Shown: positions 26,891 through 38,970, counted from the first letter of the stretch. The stretch is DNA of 64,000 nucleotides from an uncultured delta proteobacterium (GCA_963848295.1 CAWKDB010000002.1:1-64000), one strand, 5' to 3'. Translations and numbers: made by a program. The notes: generated by a model from the sequence alone, not told the origin.

Positions 26891-28180
26891 ATGCCACGCC
26901 CGTCGTCAGCCGAGGTGTTCACGCCGACGTCGTTCCCGACCCATACCTACGTGCAACGCGACGATCTGCATCACGAGCGGTTACTGCGCGAATGGACGCG
27001 GTCGTCGACGCAGATCGCGTCGCTCTCGGGTCCGTCCAAGGCCGGCAAGACCGTGCTGGTCCAGCGCGTGGTTGGCGAAGGTAACCTGATCGTCGTGAGC
27101 GGCGCGTCGGTCCGCGCCCCCGATCAGCTGTGGGAGCGCGTGCTCGATTGGTGGGGCGAGCCACACTCGACCACCGCGAGCGTCGCCGATGCCGCGACCG
27201 AGACGACGACGAACGAGCGCAACGTCAGCGTCGGCATCACCGGCACCGGCGCGAGCCATCGTCATGTCCAGCTCGGCGGGCAGGGCGCGACCGACACGCT
27301 CGCCGCGACGAGCAACCGCCGAGGCTTGCCGCAAGTCGTGCAAGAGCTCGCGGGCACGGCGTACACGTTGTTGCTCGACGACTTCCACTACATTCCACCC
27401 GCGATCCAGGGCGACGTCGCGCAACAGCTCAAGGATGCGGCCAGCCGCGGCGTCCGGATCTGCGTCGCGGCCGTACCGCATCGCGCCGACAACATCGTGC
27501 GTGCGTTGCCCGAGCTTCGCGGTCGCGTGCTCGCGATCGATGTCGACTACTGGACGCGGCGCGATCTGCTCGCGATCCCCGAGCTCGGCTGTCCACTGCT
27601 CGGCCTCGAAGTCGACAGGGCATCGCTCGCGATGTTCGCGACCGAAGCGGCCGGCTCGCCGCAGCTCATGCAATCGATCTGCCTGTGGATGTGCAATCAC
27701 GTCGGCGTGCGCGATGGCGCCGACCCGGCGAAGGCGGTCACGCTTGATGAGACGGCGCGCAAGGAGATCCTGTTCCTGACGTCGTGCACGGTCGATTTTC
27801 GCTCGCTCGTGCGCGCGCTGATCGCGGGTCCGAAGGTGCGCCCGGGCGATCGTCGGAGCTACGTTCATCGCGACGGCCGGTCCGGCGACGTCTACCTGAC
27901 CGTGATGCGCGCGCTCGCGCTCGATCCGCCGGGCCTCGCAATCGATCACGACGAGCTCGCCGGCCGGCTCGAGCAACTGTGTGCCGGCGCGCGTCCCGAG
28001 GGCGCGAGCGTGGTACGCGCGTGCGCGACGCTCGGTCAGATCGCTTCGGGATTCGCCGCGCCGACCGGACCGTCGCTCGAATGGGACGAGCCGGCGCAGA
28101 CCCTGCTGATCCCAGATCCGTATCTCTTGTTCTACTTGCGCTGGTCCGTCGCGCTCGAGCGCGAAGCCGACGCCCTGTAG
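26891..28180 (+). CDS. P-loop (AAA/STAND-like) ATPase
   Basis: EVFTP...TYVQR, Walker A GPSKAGKT, Walker B LLLDDFH, GSPQLMQ and C-terminal DPYLLFYLRW. Confidence 0.85.
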   Translation: MPRPSSAEVFTPTSFPTHTYVQRDDLHHERLLREWTRSSTQIASLSGPSKAGKTVLVQRVVGEGNLIVVSGASVRAPDQLWERVLDWWGEPHSTTASVADAATETTTNERNVSVGITGTGASHRHVQLGGQGATDTLAATSNRRGLPQVVQELAGTAYTLLLDDFHYIPPAIQGDVAQQLKDAASRGVRICVAAVPHRADNIVRALPELRGRVLAIDVDYWTRRDLLAIPELGCPLLGLEVDRASLAMFATEAAGSPQLMQSICLWMCNHVGVRDGADPAKAVTLDETARKEILFLTSCTVDFRSLVRALIAGPKVRPGDRRSYVHRDGRSGDVYLTVMRALALDPPGLAIDHDELAGRLEQLCAGARPEGASVVRACATLGQIASGFAAPTGPSLEWDEPAQTLLIPDPYLLFYLRWSVALEREADAL

Positions 28181-28182
28181 CC

Positions 28183-28689
28183 TTAGAAGTTCGGCTTCTC
28201 TTTGAAGTACTTCGCGACGAGGTCTTGCAGATACGTCGCCAGATCGACGACATCGTCGTCCTGAGTCGCGCGGGTCACGTAGACCGTATAGATGTCGTGC
28301 TGTTTCTCGCCGGGCTCGCGCAGCCGGAGGGTGAGGTAGCCTTGGTCCTCATCCTTCTTGCCCTTCTCGCGATTGTCGAGCTCGAGGTTATCGATGAGCT
28401 TCCATATCTTGTCGGTTTCCTTGTCGGTGATCCCCTTGGTGCCCAAGGTGTCGCTCTTCTGATCCTTCGAGTACGACACCCACAGCGAATTGCCCCGGAT
28501 CCGGATCTGCCAGTCGTCGCCGTCCGGCTTGTTCGACACGAAGTCGAACATCCGACCGTTGGTCTCGCCGCGGTCGGCGTCGCCAAATGCACCGCCGGCA
28601 CCCGCGTACGTACCGCCCGGATGGCAGGCGGTGAACGTCAGACAGATCGCGACCGCGCACCACGTACAAGCCCTTCGCACAGGTGCCAA
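28183..28689 (-). CDS. Hypothetical lipoprotein
   Basis: FTAC lipobox-like motif followed by a charged globular domain. Confidence 0.65.
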   Translation of the reverse strand: MAPVRRACTWCAVAICLTFTACHPGGTYAGAGGAFGDADRGETNGRMFDFVSNKPDGDDWQIRIRGNSLWVSYSKDQKSDTLGTKGITDKETDKIWKLIDNLELDNREKGKKDEDQGYLTLRLREPGEKQHDIYTVYVTRATQDDDVVDLATYLQDLVAKYFKEKPNF

Positions 28690-28731
28690 TATAGCGCATA
28701 GGGGTGCCCGGCTGATATCCTTGCGAAATCG

Positions 28732-31700
28732 ATGACTGCGTCCGTGCTAGGGGCGGGACGCTTCGAGGTGCGCGGCACACTCGGCGCTGGAGGCGCCGGT
28801 GTCGTCTACCGAGCGTACGACCACCAACTGAAGCGAGAAGTAGCCCTGAAGCTGCTCCGCACCGCGTCCGGTCGCGATCTCTATCGGTTCAAGCGCGAGT
28901 TCCGTGCACTCGCCGACATCGTGCATCCCAACCTCGTCGCGCTCCACGAGCTGCATGCGATCGCAGGCGACTGGTACTTCACGATGGAGCTGATCGAGGG
29001 CGTGTCGTTCATCGACTGGGTGCGCCCGTCGCGGAACGCCAAGGGCCCGACGCGGACGCGCCAGGACATCATCGCGACGCCGGTCAACGTCGCGCGCCTG
29101 CGGGGAGCGCTCGTCCAGCTCGTCGACGCCCTCGTCGCGCTGCACCGCGCCGGCAAGCTGCATCGCGATCTCAAGCCGTCGAATGTGCTGGTCACCGATC
29201 AGGGCCGGCTCGCGCTGCTCGATTTCGGGCTCGTGTCGGGAGTCGCTGAAGGCAATCCCGAGCGGCTCGCCGTCGGCACGCCGGTGTACATGTCGCCCGA
29301 GCAGGCCGCCGACCAGCCGCTGACCGAGGCGAGCGACTGGTACTCGCTCGGCGCGATGCTCTACGAGGCGTTGACCGGGCGCCGCCCATTCGAGGGCGAG
29401 CCCGAGCTCGTGATGACGCGCAAGCAGACCGAAACGCCGACCGCGCCGACCCGACTCGTGCCGAACCTCCCGCCCGATCTCGCGCGGTTGTGCATGGCGA
29501 TGCTCGCGCCGCCGCCGACGCAACGGCCGGCCGGCCTCGCGATCCTCGACTTGCTCGGTGCGACGCAATCGCAGCCGACTCGCGACATCGCACGCAGCTT
29601 GTCGCCGGCGGTGTTCGTCGGCCGCGTGCTCGAGACCGACGAGCTCAAGCGCGCGCTCGCCGACTCGCGCCGGCGCGGAGTCACGCTGATGGTGCGCGGC
29701 GCATCCGGCATCGGCAAGAGCACGCTCGTCCGGCGGTTCCTGCGCTCGCTCGGCGACGCGGTGTTCGTGCTCGAAGGTCGGTGCTTCGAGCGCGAGCAGG
29801 TGCCGTTCAAGATGCTCGACGGCATCGTCGACACGCTGACCGGCGTGCTGTTCGGCCTGCCGCCGGCGCAGCGCGAATCGGTCGTGCCGCGCGACCTCGG
29901 TCTCCTGGTTCGGCTGTTCCCGGTGATGAAGCGGGTCCCCGAGCTCGCCGAGCTCGCCGACACCACGACGCCGCCGAGCGACCTCCAGGAGCTGCGACGC
30001 CGCGCGTTCAAGTCGCTGCGCACGCTGCTGACCCGGATCGCGCGGATCAAGCCGATCGTGATGTTCGTCGACGACGTCCATTGGGGTGATGCGGATAGCG
30101 CGGGGTTTCTCGCCGAGCTGATCCACGAGTCCGAGCCGTCGATCCTGATCATCTTGGCGCATCGGCCGGAGGACTATCTCGGCGTCGTCGCGCAGCTCCG
30201 GCGTCCACCGGGCGGCCAGACCCGGCGCGGCGATGTACGCGACCTCGACATCGGCGGCCTATCGGTCGATGACTCCGTCGCGCTCGTCGCTCAGCTCGCG
30301 GATGACTCGCGGCGAGCGACGGCGGTCGTGACCGCGGCCGGCGGCAACCCGCTCGTGCTCGCCGAGATGGCGCGCGCCCCGCGGCTGCAAGATGGCGCGA
30401 AGATGGAGGACCTCGTGCTCGCCCGCGCCGGCCGGCTGTCGGTCGAAGCCCAGGCCATGCTCGTCGTCACGAGCATCGCGGCGCGGCCGCTGTCGGTCGA
30501 GCTCGCCGCGCGCGCGGCCGGCATCAACGGCGGCCATGCCGAAGCCGCGGTGTTGTCGGCGGAGCGACTCGCGACGTTGCGCCGCGTCGACGGCCACATG
30601 ATCTTGCAACCGGCGCACGACTACGTCCGCGCCGCGGTGCTCGGCGGCATCGACGTCGAATCGAAGGCGCGCTGGCACGAGTCGCTCGCGCACGCGCTCG
30701 AAGAGGGCGGGACGCCGCAAGATGCGCAGGCGGTCGTCGAGCATTGGATCGCGGCCGGCCATCCGGCCAATGCGGCGCACCACGCGCTCGCCGCCGCGCA
30801 AGGCGCCGAAGAAGCGCTCGCGTTCCTGCGCGCCGCCGAGCTCTACGAGATCGCGATCACCTACGGGCCTTGGGATCCGCCCGGCCGGCGCGAGCTGATG
30901 CGGCGCAAGGCGAACGCGCTGACGTGCGCGGGCCAGCTCGACGAGGCGGCGCAAGTGCTCGGCCACGCCGCCGAGCTCGCGCCCGGTGAAGAATCGATCG
31001 ATCTCGAGCGGCTGCGGGTCGAGGCGCTGCTCCGCCGCGGCCGGCTCGAAGAAGCGCTGCCTGCCGCAGAGCGCTTGCTCGAGCATATCGGCGTCAAGGT
31101 GCCGGTCGGCAAGGGCACGTCGCGCACCAAGCTCGCGACCCAATGGTTCCAATCGAAGTTGCGCGGCTACGACTTCACGCCGAAGCCGCTCGGCGACGTA
31201 CCGCAGGCGCAGCTGCGCAAGATCGACGTGCTGTACTCGATCTCGAGCGGGCTCGCGGTCGTCGATCCGGCGGCCGGCCGCCTCGTCCAGACCGAGCTGA
31301 TGAAGGCCGCGATCGAAGCGGGCGAGCCGATGCGCGTGTGCCTCGCGTTGACTCAAGAGATTTGCTACGCGGCGTCGGCGGGTAGCGGCAACAGCAAGGG
31401 CGTCGCCGATCTCGGCGTGCGCCTGCACGGGCTGGCATCGCAGCTCGGTGCTTCGACCGTGTCGGGGCTCGCGACGGTCTCGCTCGGCATCGCCGCGTAT
31501 CAGATGGGCAACTGGCGCGACGCGCGCGGCCACTTCGAAGCGGGCCTGGGCACGCTGCGCGATCAAGCCGCCGGCGTGCGCTGGGAGATCGACGTCGCCG
31601 AGAGCTACTGGTTGTCGTCGATGTTCTACCTCGGAGAGTGGCGCGAGCTCGTGCGACTTGTCCCGATGCTGTTGCACGATGCGTTGGAGCGCGGCGATGT

Positions 31701-32349
31701 CGTCGCCGAGCAGAGCCTACGCGCCGGTCGCAGCGCGCTCGCCTGGGCGATCACCGGCCGGCTCGACGATGCACGCCAGCAGGTCGCCGCGGCCGAGGCG
31801 ACGCTGTCGCCGGGCATGCACGTGCCGCGCGTGCTCGCGCTCCAGGCCGCCTGCAACTTCGATCTGTGGGCGGGCGACGTGGCGGGTGCCGCGCGTCGGC
31901 TCGACGAGGCGTGGCCGCAGATCGAGCGGCTCGGCGCGCTCCGCATCCAACAGCTCCGCATCGAGCTGCGCGCCCTGCGCGGCCGGATCGCGCTCGCCGA
32001 CAACAACCGGTCGCCCGATGATCGAGCCCGGCTGGCGCGAGGCATCGCCGACGAGATCGTCAAGGAGAACGCGCCGTGGGCGATCGGGATCGCCGAGCTG
32101 TTGCGCGCCGCGGCGATGATGCTGCGCGGCGATGACGATGGCGCGATCCGTGCGCTCGATCTCGCCGAGCCCGCGCTCGCGAACGCGCACATGGCCGGCT
32201 ACGTACAAATCGCTCGCATGCGCCGGGGCGACGTCGAAGGCGGGGGCGGCGGTGGCGCCCGGGCCGCGGCGGCGCGCGACACCCTGGCCGAGCTCGGCGC
32301 GACCAATCCCGACGCCATCGCGGCCCTTCTCGTCCCTTGGCCGACGTGA
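28732..32349 (+). CDS. Ser/Thr protein kinase - AAA ATPase - TPR-like protein
   Basis: LGAGGAGVVY, VALK, HRDLKPSN, DFG, GTPVYMSPE; Walker A GASGIGKS; FVDDVHW; GGNPL; helical repeats. Confidence 0.92.
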   Translation: MTASVLGAGRFEVRGTLGAGGAGVVYRAYDHQLKREVALKLLRTASGRDLYRFKREFRALADIVHPNLVALHELHAIAGDWYFTMELIEGVSFIDWVRPSRNAKGPTRTRQDIIATPVNVARLRGALVQLVDALVALHRAGKLHRDLKPSNVLVTDQGRLALLDFGLVSGVAEGNPERLAVGTPVYMSPEQAADQPLTEASDWYSLGAMLYEALTGRRPFEGEPELVMTRKQTETPTAPTRLVPNLPPDLARLCMAMLAPPPTQRPAGLAILDLLGATQSQPTRDIARSLSPAVFVGRVLETDELKRALADSRRRGVTLMVRGASGIGKSTLVRRFLRSLGDAVFVLEGRCFEREQVPFKMLDGIVDTLTGVLFGLPPAQRESVVPRDLGLLVRLFPVMKRVPELAELADTTTPPSDLQELRRRAFKSLRTLLTRIARIKPIVMFVDDVHWGDADSAGFLAELIHESEPSILIILAHRPEDYLGVVAQLRRPPGGQTRRGDVRDLDIGGLSVDDSVALVAQLADDSRRATAVVTAAGGNPLVLAEMARAPRLQDGAKMEDLVLARAGRLSVEAQAMLVVTSIAARPLSVELAARAAGINGGHAEAAVLSAERLATLRRVDGHMILQPAHDYVRAAVLGGIDVESKARWHESLAHALEEGGTPQDAQAVVEHWIAAGHPANAAHHALAAAQGAEEALAFLRAAELYEIAITYGPWDPPGRRELMRRKANALTCAGQLDEAAQVLGHAAELAPGEESIDLERLRVEALLRRGRLEEALPAAERLLEHIGVKVPVGKGTSRTKLATQWFQSKLRGYDFTPKPLGDVPQAQLRKIDVLYSISSGLAVVDPAAGRLVQTELMKAAIEAGEPMRVCLALTQEICYAASAGSGNSKGVADLGVRLHGLASQLGASTVSGLATVSLGIAAYQMGNWRDARGHFEAGLGTLRDQAAGVRWEIDVAESYWLSSMFYLGEWRELVRLVPMLLHDALERGDVVAEQSLRAGRSALAWAITGRLDDARQQVAAAEATLSPGMHVPRVLALQAACNFDLWAGDVAGAARRLDEAWPQIERLGALRIQQLRIELRALRGRIALADNNRSPDDRARLARGIADEIVKENAPWAIGIAELLRAAAMMLRGDDDGAIRALDLAEPALANAHMAGYVQIARMRRGDVEGGGGGGARAAAARDTLAELGATNPDAIAALLVPWPT

Positions 32350-32451
32350 CGGCCCCGGTGCGCTTGGTATAGGATCGACGGACGGGGTGATCCGAAAGGA
32401 TCGGGACGTCGTACATACGGGAGCCCGGCTATCGCCGGACGAGGGTAAAGC

Positions 32452-33291
32452 GTGTCACTCATCGCTCAGCACATCGCGGTTTCGCAGCGGATCGACATCG
32501 AGGATCTCGACTGGGAGCTCGCGCGCAAGGTCGGCCTGACCGCGCAGGAGGTCGAGAGCCTGCACTACTTCGCCGATGTCGAGAGTCAGACCGTCTACTA
32601 CTTTCTCGAGGTGTCGAAGCTCTCGGTCGCGCGCGATCCCGAGCTGCTCACGTTCCTCACGATGTGGAACTACGAGGAGTACTTCCACTCGCACGCGATC
32701 ACGCGCCTGCTCCAGGAGTGTGGCGCCGAGACCGTAGCTGCGACCGACCGCAGCACCGGCGTCCGCAAGAAGGCGCGGTGGAAAGCTCGGTTCGAAGACT
32801 TCGCACAGACGCTGATGTCGAAGCTGATGCCGAAGGCGTTCGTCGCGCTGTGGATGTTCTGGGGCTCGCTGCAGGAGTGCCTGACCACGCAGGCCTACGA
32901 AGAGCTCGCCACCACGACGCAGAACCCGGTGCTCGCCGAGCTGTGCCGTCGCATCGCGAAGCAGGAGCGTCGCCACTTCGCGTACTACTTCGCGCAGGCC
33001 AAGGACAAGCTCGAGGGCAACCGCTGGGCGCAACGCGTGTGTCGATGGATCGCGAAGCGGTTCTATGCGCCGGTCGGCGGCGGCGTGAAGACCGACGCGG
33101 AAGGCGCGCGGCTCGTGGCCCAGCTGTTCCCGAACGACCGGATCTTCGAGGTCATGGGCTACATCGAAAAGCGCATGGCCCAACTGCCGGGCATGGACGG
33201 TCTCGACGCGTGCACTCGGTGGGCCGCGAAGGTCCAGCCGATGCTGCCCGAAGCGGTTCGCGCCGGCGCGATCCCGGCGCTCGCCGCCTGA
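32452..33291 (+). CDS. Ferritin-like di-iron protein
   Basis: DVE, EEYFH, QE and QERRHF (two ExxH motifs). Confidence 0.82.
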   Translation: MSLIAQHIAVSQRIDIEDLDWELARKVGLTAQEVESLHYFADVESQTVYYFLEVSKLSVARDPELLTFLTMWNYEEYFHSHAITRLLQECGAETVAATDRSTGVRKKARWKARFEDFAQTLMSKLMPKAFVALWMFWGSLQECLTTQAYEELATTTQNPVLAELCRRIAKQERRHFAYYFAQAKDKLEGNRWAQRVCRWIAKRFYAPVGGGVKTDAEGARLVAQLFPNDRIFEVMGYIEKRMAQLPGMDGLDACTRWAAKVQPMLPEAVRAGAIPALAA

Positions 33292-33438
33292 GCGCTGGAA
33301 TCCGAGCTCGACGACGGCGCCGACTCCTCGGGCGGCAGGGGCCGGGCCGAGCCGCGCCAACCTTGCCGGCAGCTTGCCATAGCACGATCGATACGGTAAT
33401 CGCTATCGCGCGCGCGTAGTTACCGACCGGTTTGGGAC

Positions 33439-33467
33439 TTGCGCTAGGACGTCAGCCTCCATATAAC
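33439..33467 (+). promoter_or_regulatory. Sigma70-type promoter of hppA
   Basis: TTGCGC-N17-TATAAC. Confidence 0.6.
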
Positions 33468-33492
33468 GCCCCCCTCTTTCCAAGAGGATCCA

Positions 33493-36069
33493 ATGACGTC
33501 CCTTCTGCAATGGCTGGCTGAGGAGAGCGCCGCGATCGGTGGCGCGGTTCGGCCTCATAGCGAGGCTGATCTTCAGCTTCCCTCGTTCGATCAAGTGAAG
33601 TTCCTCGGGCTCAGCGGCTCGACCGTGCTGGCACTGGGCCTCGCGGTCAGCGCGCTCGGCTTGCTGTTCGGGCTGGTCAAGTACCAGAAGCTCAAGAACA
33701 TGCCCGTTCACAAGGCGATGCGTGAGATCTCGGAGCTGATCTACGCGACCTGCAAGACCTATCTGCGGACGCAGGCGAAGTTCATCTTTCAGTTGTGGGT
33801 GCTGATCGCGACGGTCATCGTCGTGTACTTCGCCGCGCTCGAGAAAGAGGGCGTCGGGGAGGTGCTCGCGATCGCCGGATTCTCGGTCGTCGGGATCCTC
33901 GGTAGCTCGCTCGTCGCTTTCTTCGGCATTCGCGTGAACACGTTCGCGAACTCGCGCACCGCCTTCGCATCGCTGCGCGGCAAGCCATACGGCACCTACG
34001 CGATTCCGATCGAGGCCGGCATGAGCATCGGCACCGTGCTGATCTCGACCGAGCTGCTGCTCATGCTCGGGATCATGGTGTTCATCCCCGGCAAGTACGC
34101 CGGCCCGTGCTTCATCGGCTTCGCGGTCGGTGAATCGCTCGGCGCCGCGGCGCTGCGCATCGCCGGCGGGATCTTCACGAAGATCGCCGACATCGGCTCG
34201 GACCTCATGAAGATCGTCTTCAACATCAAGGAAGACGACGCTCGCAACCCCGGCGTGATCGCGGACTGCACCGGTGATAACGCCGGCGATTCGGTCGGTC
34301 CCACCGCGGACGGCTTCGAGACCTACGGCGTCACCGGCGTCGCGCTCATCACGTTCATCCTCGTCGCATTCCCGAACGCGCACCTCGCACACTTGTTCAA
34401 CGATAAGGGCGACCTGCTCGATGGTGGCGCTTGGCTGCAGACCGTGTTGCTCGTGTGGATCTTCGCGATGCGCATCGTCATGATCCTCGCCTCGGTCGGC
34501 AGCTACATGATCAACGAGGCGATCACGAAGGCGCGCTACGGAAACGCGAAGGAGATGAACTTCGAGCATCCGCTGACCCAGCTCGTGTGGCTGACCTCGA
34601 TCGTCTCGGTCATCCTGACGTTCGTCGTCTCGTACCTGCTGATCGGTCAAGGCGAGTCGCAGCTGACGGCCAGCACGGTCGACCATACGGCCGGGTTGTG
34701 GTGGAAGCTGTCGGCGATCATCTCGTGCGGCACGCTCGCCGGCGCGATCATCCCCGAGCTTGTCAAGGCGTTCACCTCGGTCAACTCCGGCCACGTGCGC
34801 GAGACCGTCGCCGCGTCGAAGGAGGGTGGTGCGTCGCTCAACATCCTCGCCGGTCTCACCGCGGGTAACTTCTCGGCGTACTGGATGGGCCTCACGATCG
34901 CCGGCTTGATGGGCATCGCGTACGCGGTGTCGTCCCTCGGCGGCATCACCGATCTGCTGTACTCGTCGAACATGGCGGCGCACCTCGACATGTCGTACTC
35001 GGCGTGCCAGGCGGCATCGGCCGTGTTCGCGTTCGGCCTCGTCGCGTTCGGCTTCCTCGGCATGGGACCGGTCACGATCGCGGTCGACTCCTACGGCCCC
35101 GTCACCGACAACGCGCAGTCGGTCTACGAGCTGTCGATGATCGAGACCCTGCCGAACATCGAGCAGGACATCGAGGCAGAGTTCAAGTTCAAGCCGGACT
35201 TCGAGAAGGCGAAGATGTACCTCGAGGAAAACGACGGCGCGGGCAACACGTTCAAGGCGACCGCGAAGCCCGTGCTGATCGGCACCGCGGTCGTCGGTGC
35301 GACCACGATGATCTTCGCGCTCGTCATGCTGATCACGAATGGTCTGCAGCCCGATCTCGTCACCAAGCTGTCGATGATTCACCCGCCGTTCTTGCTCGGG
35401 CTCGTCACCGGCGGCGCGATCATCTACTGGTTCACCGGCGCCTCGACCCAGGCGGTCGCGACCGGTGCGTATCGCGCGGTCGAGTTCATCAAACAGAACA
35501 TCAAGCTCGATGGCACCGCGACGAAAGCGTCGACCGATGACTCGAACAAGGTCGTCGAGATCTGCACGCTCTACGCGCAGAAAGGCATGATCAACATCTT
35601 CATGGTCGTGTTCTTCTCGACCCTGTCGTTCGCGTGCCTCGATCCGAACTTCTTCATCGGCTACCTGATCTCGATGGCGATTTTCGGCCTCTATCAAGCC
35701 ATCTTCATGGCGAACGCCGGCGGCGCCTGGGACAACGCGAAGAAGGTCGTCGAGACCGAGCTGCGTGCAAAGGGCACCGAGCTCCACAACGCGACCATCG
35801 TCGGCGACACCGTCGGCGACCCGTTCAAAGACACCTCGTCGGTCGCGCTCAACCCGGTCATCAAGTTCACCACGCTGTTCGGCGTCCTCGCCGTCGGAAT
35901 GGCGCTCGAGCTGACCGCGCGCGGCCTCGATACGCTGAAATACACGCTCTCGGGTGCCTTCCTCGTGATCTCGATGTTCTTCGCGTGGCGGTCCTTCTAC
36001 CGGATGCGGATCGGCAACCTCAAGTCCGAGGACAAGCCGGAGCCGAAGAGCGAAGCTGCCGCGGCATAG
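33493..36069 (+). CDS. hppA: Membrane-bound proton-translocating pyrophosphatase, K+-independent type
   Basis: GGIFTKIADIGSDLMK...EDDARNPGVIADCTGDNAGD, DSYGPVTDNA, GNTFKA, GGAWDNAKK and GDTVGDPFKDTS. Confidence 0.95.
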   Translation: MTSLLQWLAEESAAIGGAVRPHSEADLQLPSFDQVKFLGLSGSTVLALGLAVSALGLLFGLVKYQKLKNMPVHKAMREISELIYATCKTYLRTQAKFIFQLWVLIATVIVVYFAALEKEGVGEVLAIAGFSVVGILGSSLVAFFGIRVNTFANSRTAFASLRGKPYGTYAIPIEAGMSIGTVLISTELLLMLGIMVFIPGKYAGPCFIGFAVGESLGAAALRIAGGIFTKIADIGSDLMKIVFNIKEDDARNPGVIADCTGDNAGDSVGPTADGFETYGVTGVALITFILVAFPNAHLAHLFNDKGDLLDGGAWLQTVLLVWIFAMRIVMILASVGSYMINEAITKARYGNAKEMNFEHPLTQLVWLTSIVSVILTFVVSYLLIGQGESQLTASTVDHTAGLWWKLSAIISCGTLAGAIIPELVKAFTSVNSGHVRETVAASKEGGASLNILAGLTAGNFSAYWMGLTIAGLMGIAYAVSSLGGITDLLYSSNMAAHLDMSYSACQAASAVFAFGLVAFGFLGMGPVTIAVDSYGPVTDNAQSVYELSMIETLPNIEQDIEAEFKFKPDFEKAKMYLEENDGAGNTFKATAKPVLIGTAVVGATTMIFALVMLITNGLQPDLVTKLSMIHPPFLLGLVTGGAIIYWFTGASTQAVATGAYRAVEFIKQNIKLDGTATKASTDDSNKVVEICTLYAQKGMINIFMVVFFSTLSFACLDPNFFIGYLISMAIFGLYQAIFMANAGGAWDNAKKVVETELRAKGTELHNATIVGDTVGDPFKDTSSVALNPVIKFTTLFGVLAVGMALELTARGLDTLKYTLSGAFLVISMFFAWRSFYRMRIGNLKSEDKPEPKSEAAAA

Positions 36070-36081
36070 GGACGAGCTGCG

Positions 36082-36112
36082 GACGCTGTCGCTTTTGTCT
36101 ACTTGCGCGCTC
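36082..36112 (-). repeat. Dispersed ~31-bp repeat, copy 1
   Basis: Reverse complement GAGCGCGCAAGTAGACAAAAGCGACAGCGTC, 29/31 identical to copy 3. Confidence 0.85.
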
Positions 36113-36139
36113 CAGCCGGGTGCGTGCTACGACCGATAG

Positions 36140-37791
<1,652 letters not shown>

Positions 37792-37795
<4 letters not shown>

Positions 37796-38970
37796 CGCCC
37801 GAGCTCGTGATCCGGAACGCGCGGGTGATGACCTGCGATCCTGCGCGCGCCGGTTTGGGCGTGATCGACCGCGGTGCGATCGCGATCGCGCGCGGTCAGA
37901 TCGCGTGGGTCGGCGGCGATGGCGAACGGCCGAGCGGCGACGCGGAGATCGATGCGGGCGGCGTGCTCGTCACGCCCGGGCTCGTCGATTGCCATACCCA
38001 CGCGATCTTCGCCGGCGATCGGGCGAACGAGTTCGCGATGCGCGCCGCGGGCGAGGGCTATCTCGCGATCGCGGCGGCCGGCGGCGGAATCGCGGCGTCG
38101 TTGGCGGCGACGCGCGCGGCGAGCGCGGCCGAGCTCCGGGACCTACTCGCGGGGCGGCTCGCGGCGGCAACGGCGGGTGGCACGACGACGATCGAGGTCA
38201 AGTCCGGCTACGCGTTGACCTTCGACGGCGAGCTCGGGCTGCTCGACGCGATCGCGGCGCATCGCGGGCCACAGCAGGTCGTCGCGACGCTGCTCGCGCA
38301 CCTCGTGCCGCCGGAGCGCGCAAGCGATCGCGCCGCGTTCGTGGCCGAGATCTGCGAGCGGTGGATTCCGCACGCGCGGGGCGCGACGTCGGTCGATTGC
38401 TATTGCGACGACGGCGCATTCACGCTCGACGAAGCGCGCGCGATCTGGGCGGCGGCCAAGCGCGCTGGACTGGCCGTGCGCGGCCACGTCGGCCAGTTTG
38501 CAGACCTCGGCGCGGCCCAGGTGCTCGCCGAGCTCGGTGGATTATCGGCGGATCATGTGGAACGAGTGAGCGACGCCGGCATCGCCGCGCTCGCCGGTGC
38601 CGGCACGGTCGCGGTGATGCTACCGGGGGCGTGCGTGCAGTTGCGGCTACCGGTGCCGCCGGTCGAGCGTCTGCGTGCCGCCGGCGTGCCGCTCGCGGTC
38701 GCGAGCGATCTGAACCCGGGGTCGAGCTATTGCGAGACGCTCGCGATCCAGATGTGGCTCGCGACCACGCATTTCGGGATGACAGTCGAAGAGACCTGGC
38801 TCGGGGTCACGCGACATGCAGCTCGCGCGCTGGGGGTCGCTGCCGGGGCGGTGGTCGGCGGCGCGCGCGCGGATCTCGTGCTGTGGCGAGCCGATGATCC
38901 GGCGCAGATTCCGTATCGCTACGGCGCTGATCTCGTCGATCGCGTGTATACGGCGGGTGTAGCGCTCTAA
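37792..38970 (+). CDS. hutI: Imidazolonepropionase
   Basis: [24 protein letters not shown] and ASDLNPG; ATGA overlap with hutU. Confidence 0.95.

Noticed and set aside
32376..32445. c-di-GMP-I riboswitch
   Set aside because: It has GAAA...GGGACG but lacks the GGCAAA and GCAAAG conserved segments and the second stem; kept only as an unassigned structured leader.
33403..35787. 794-aa antisense ORF and the many other long shadow ORFs
   Set aside because: These are mirror frames of real genes in high-GC DNA, Arg/Ala-rich and without motifs.
36082..36112. HutC operator upstream of hutU
   Set aside because: It is not the palindromic TGTA-N2-TACA type, the same motif occurs at gene 3' ends, and hutC is not in the window.
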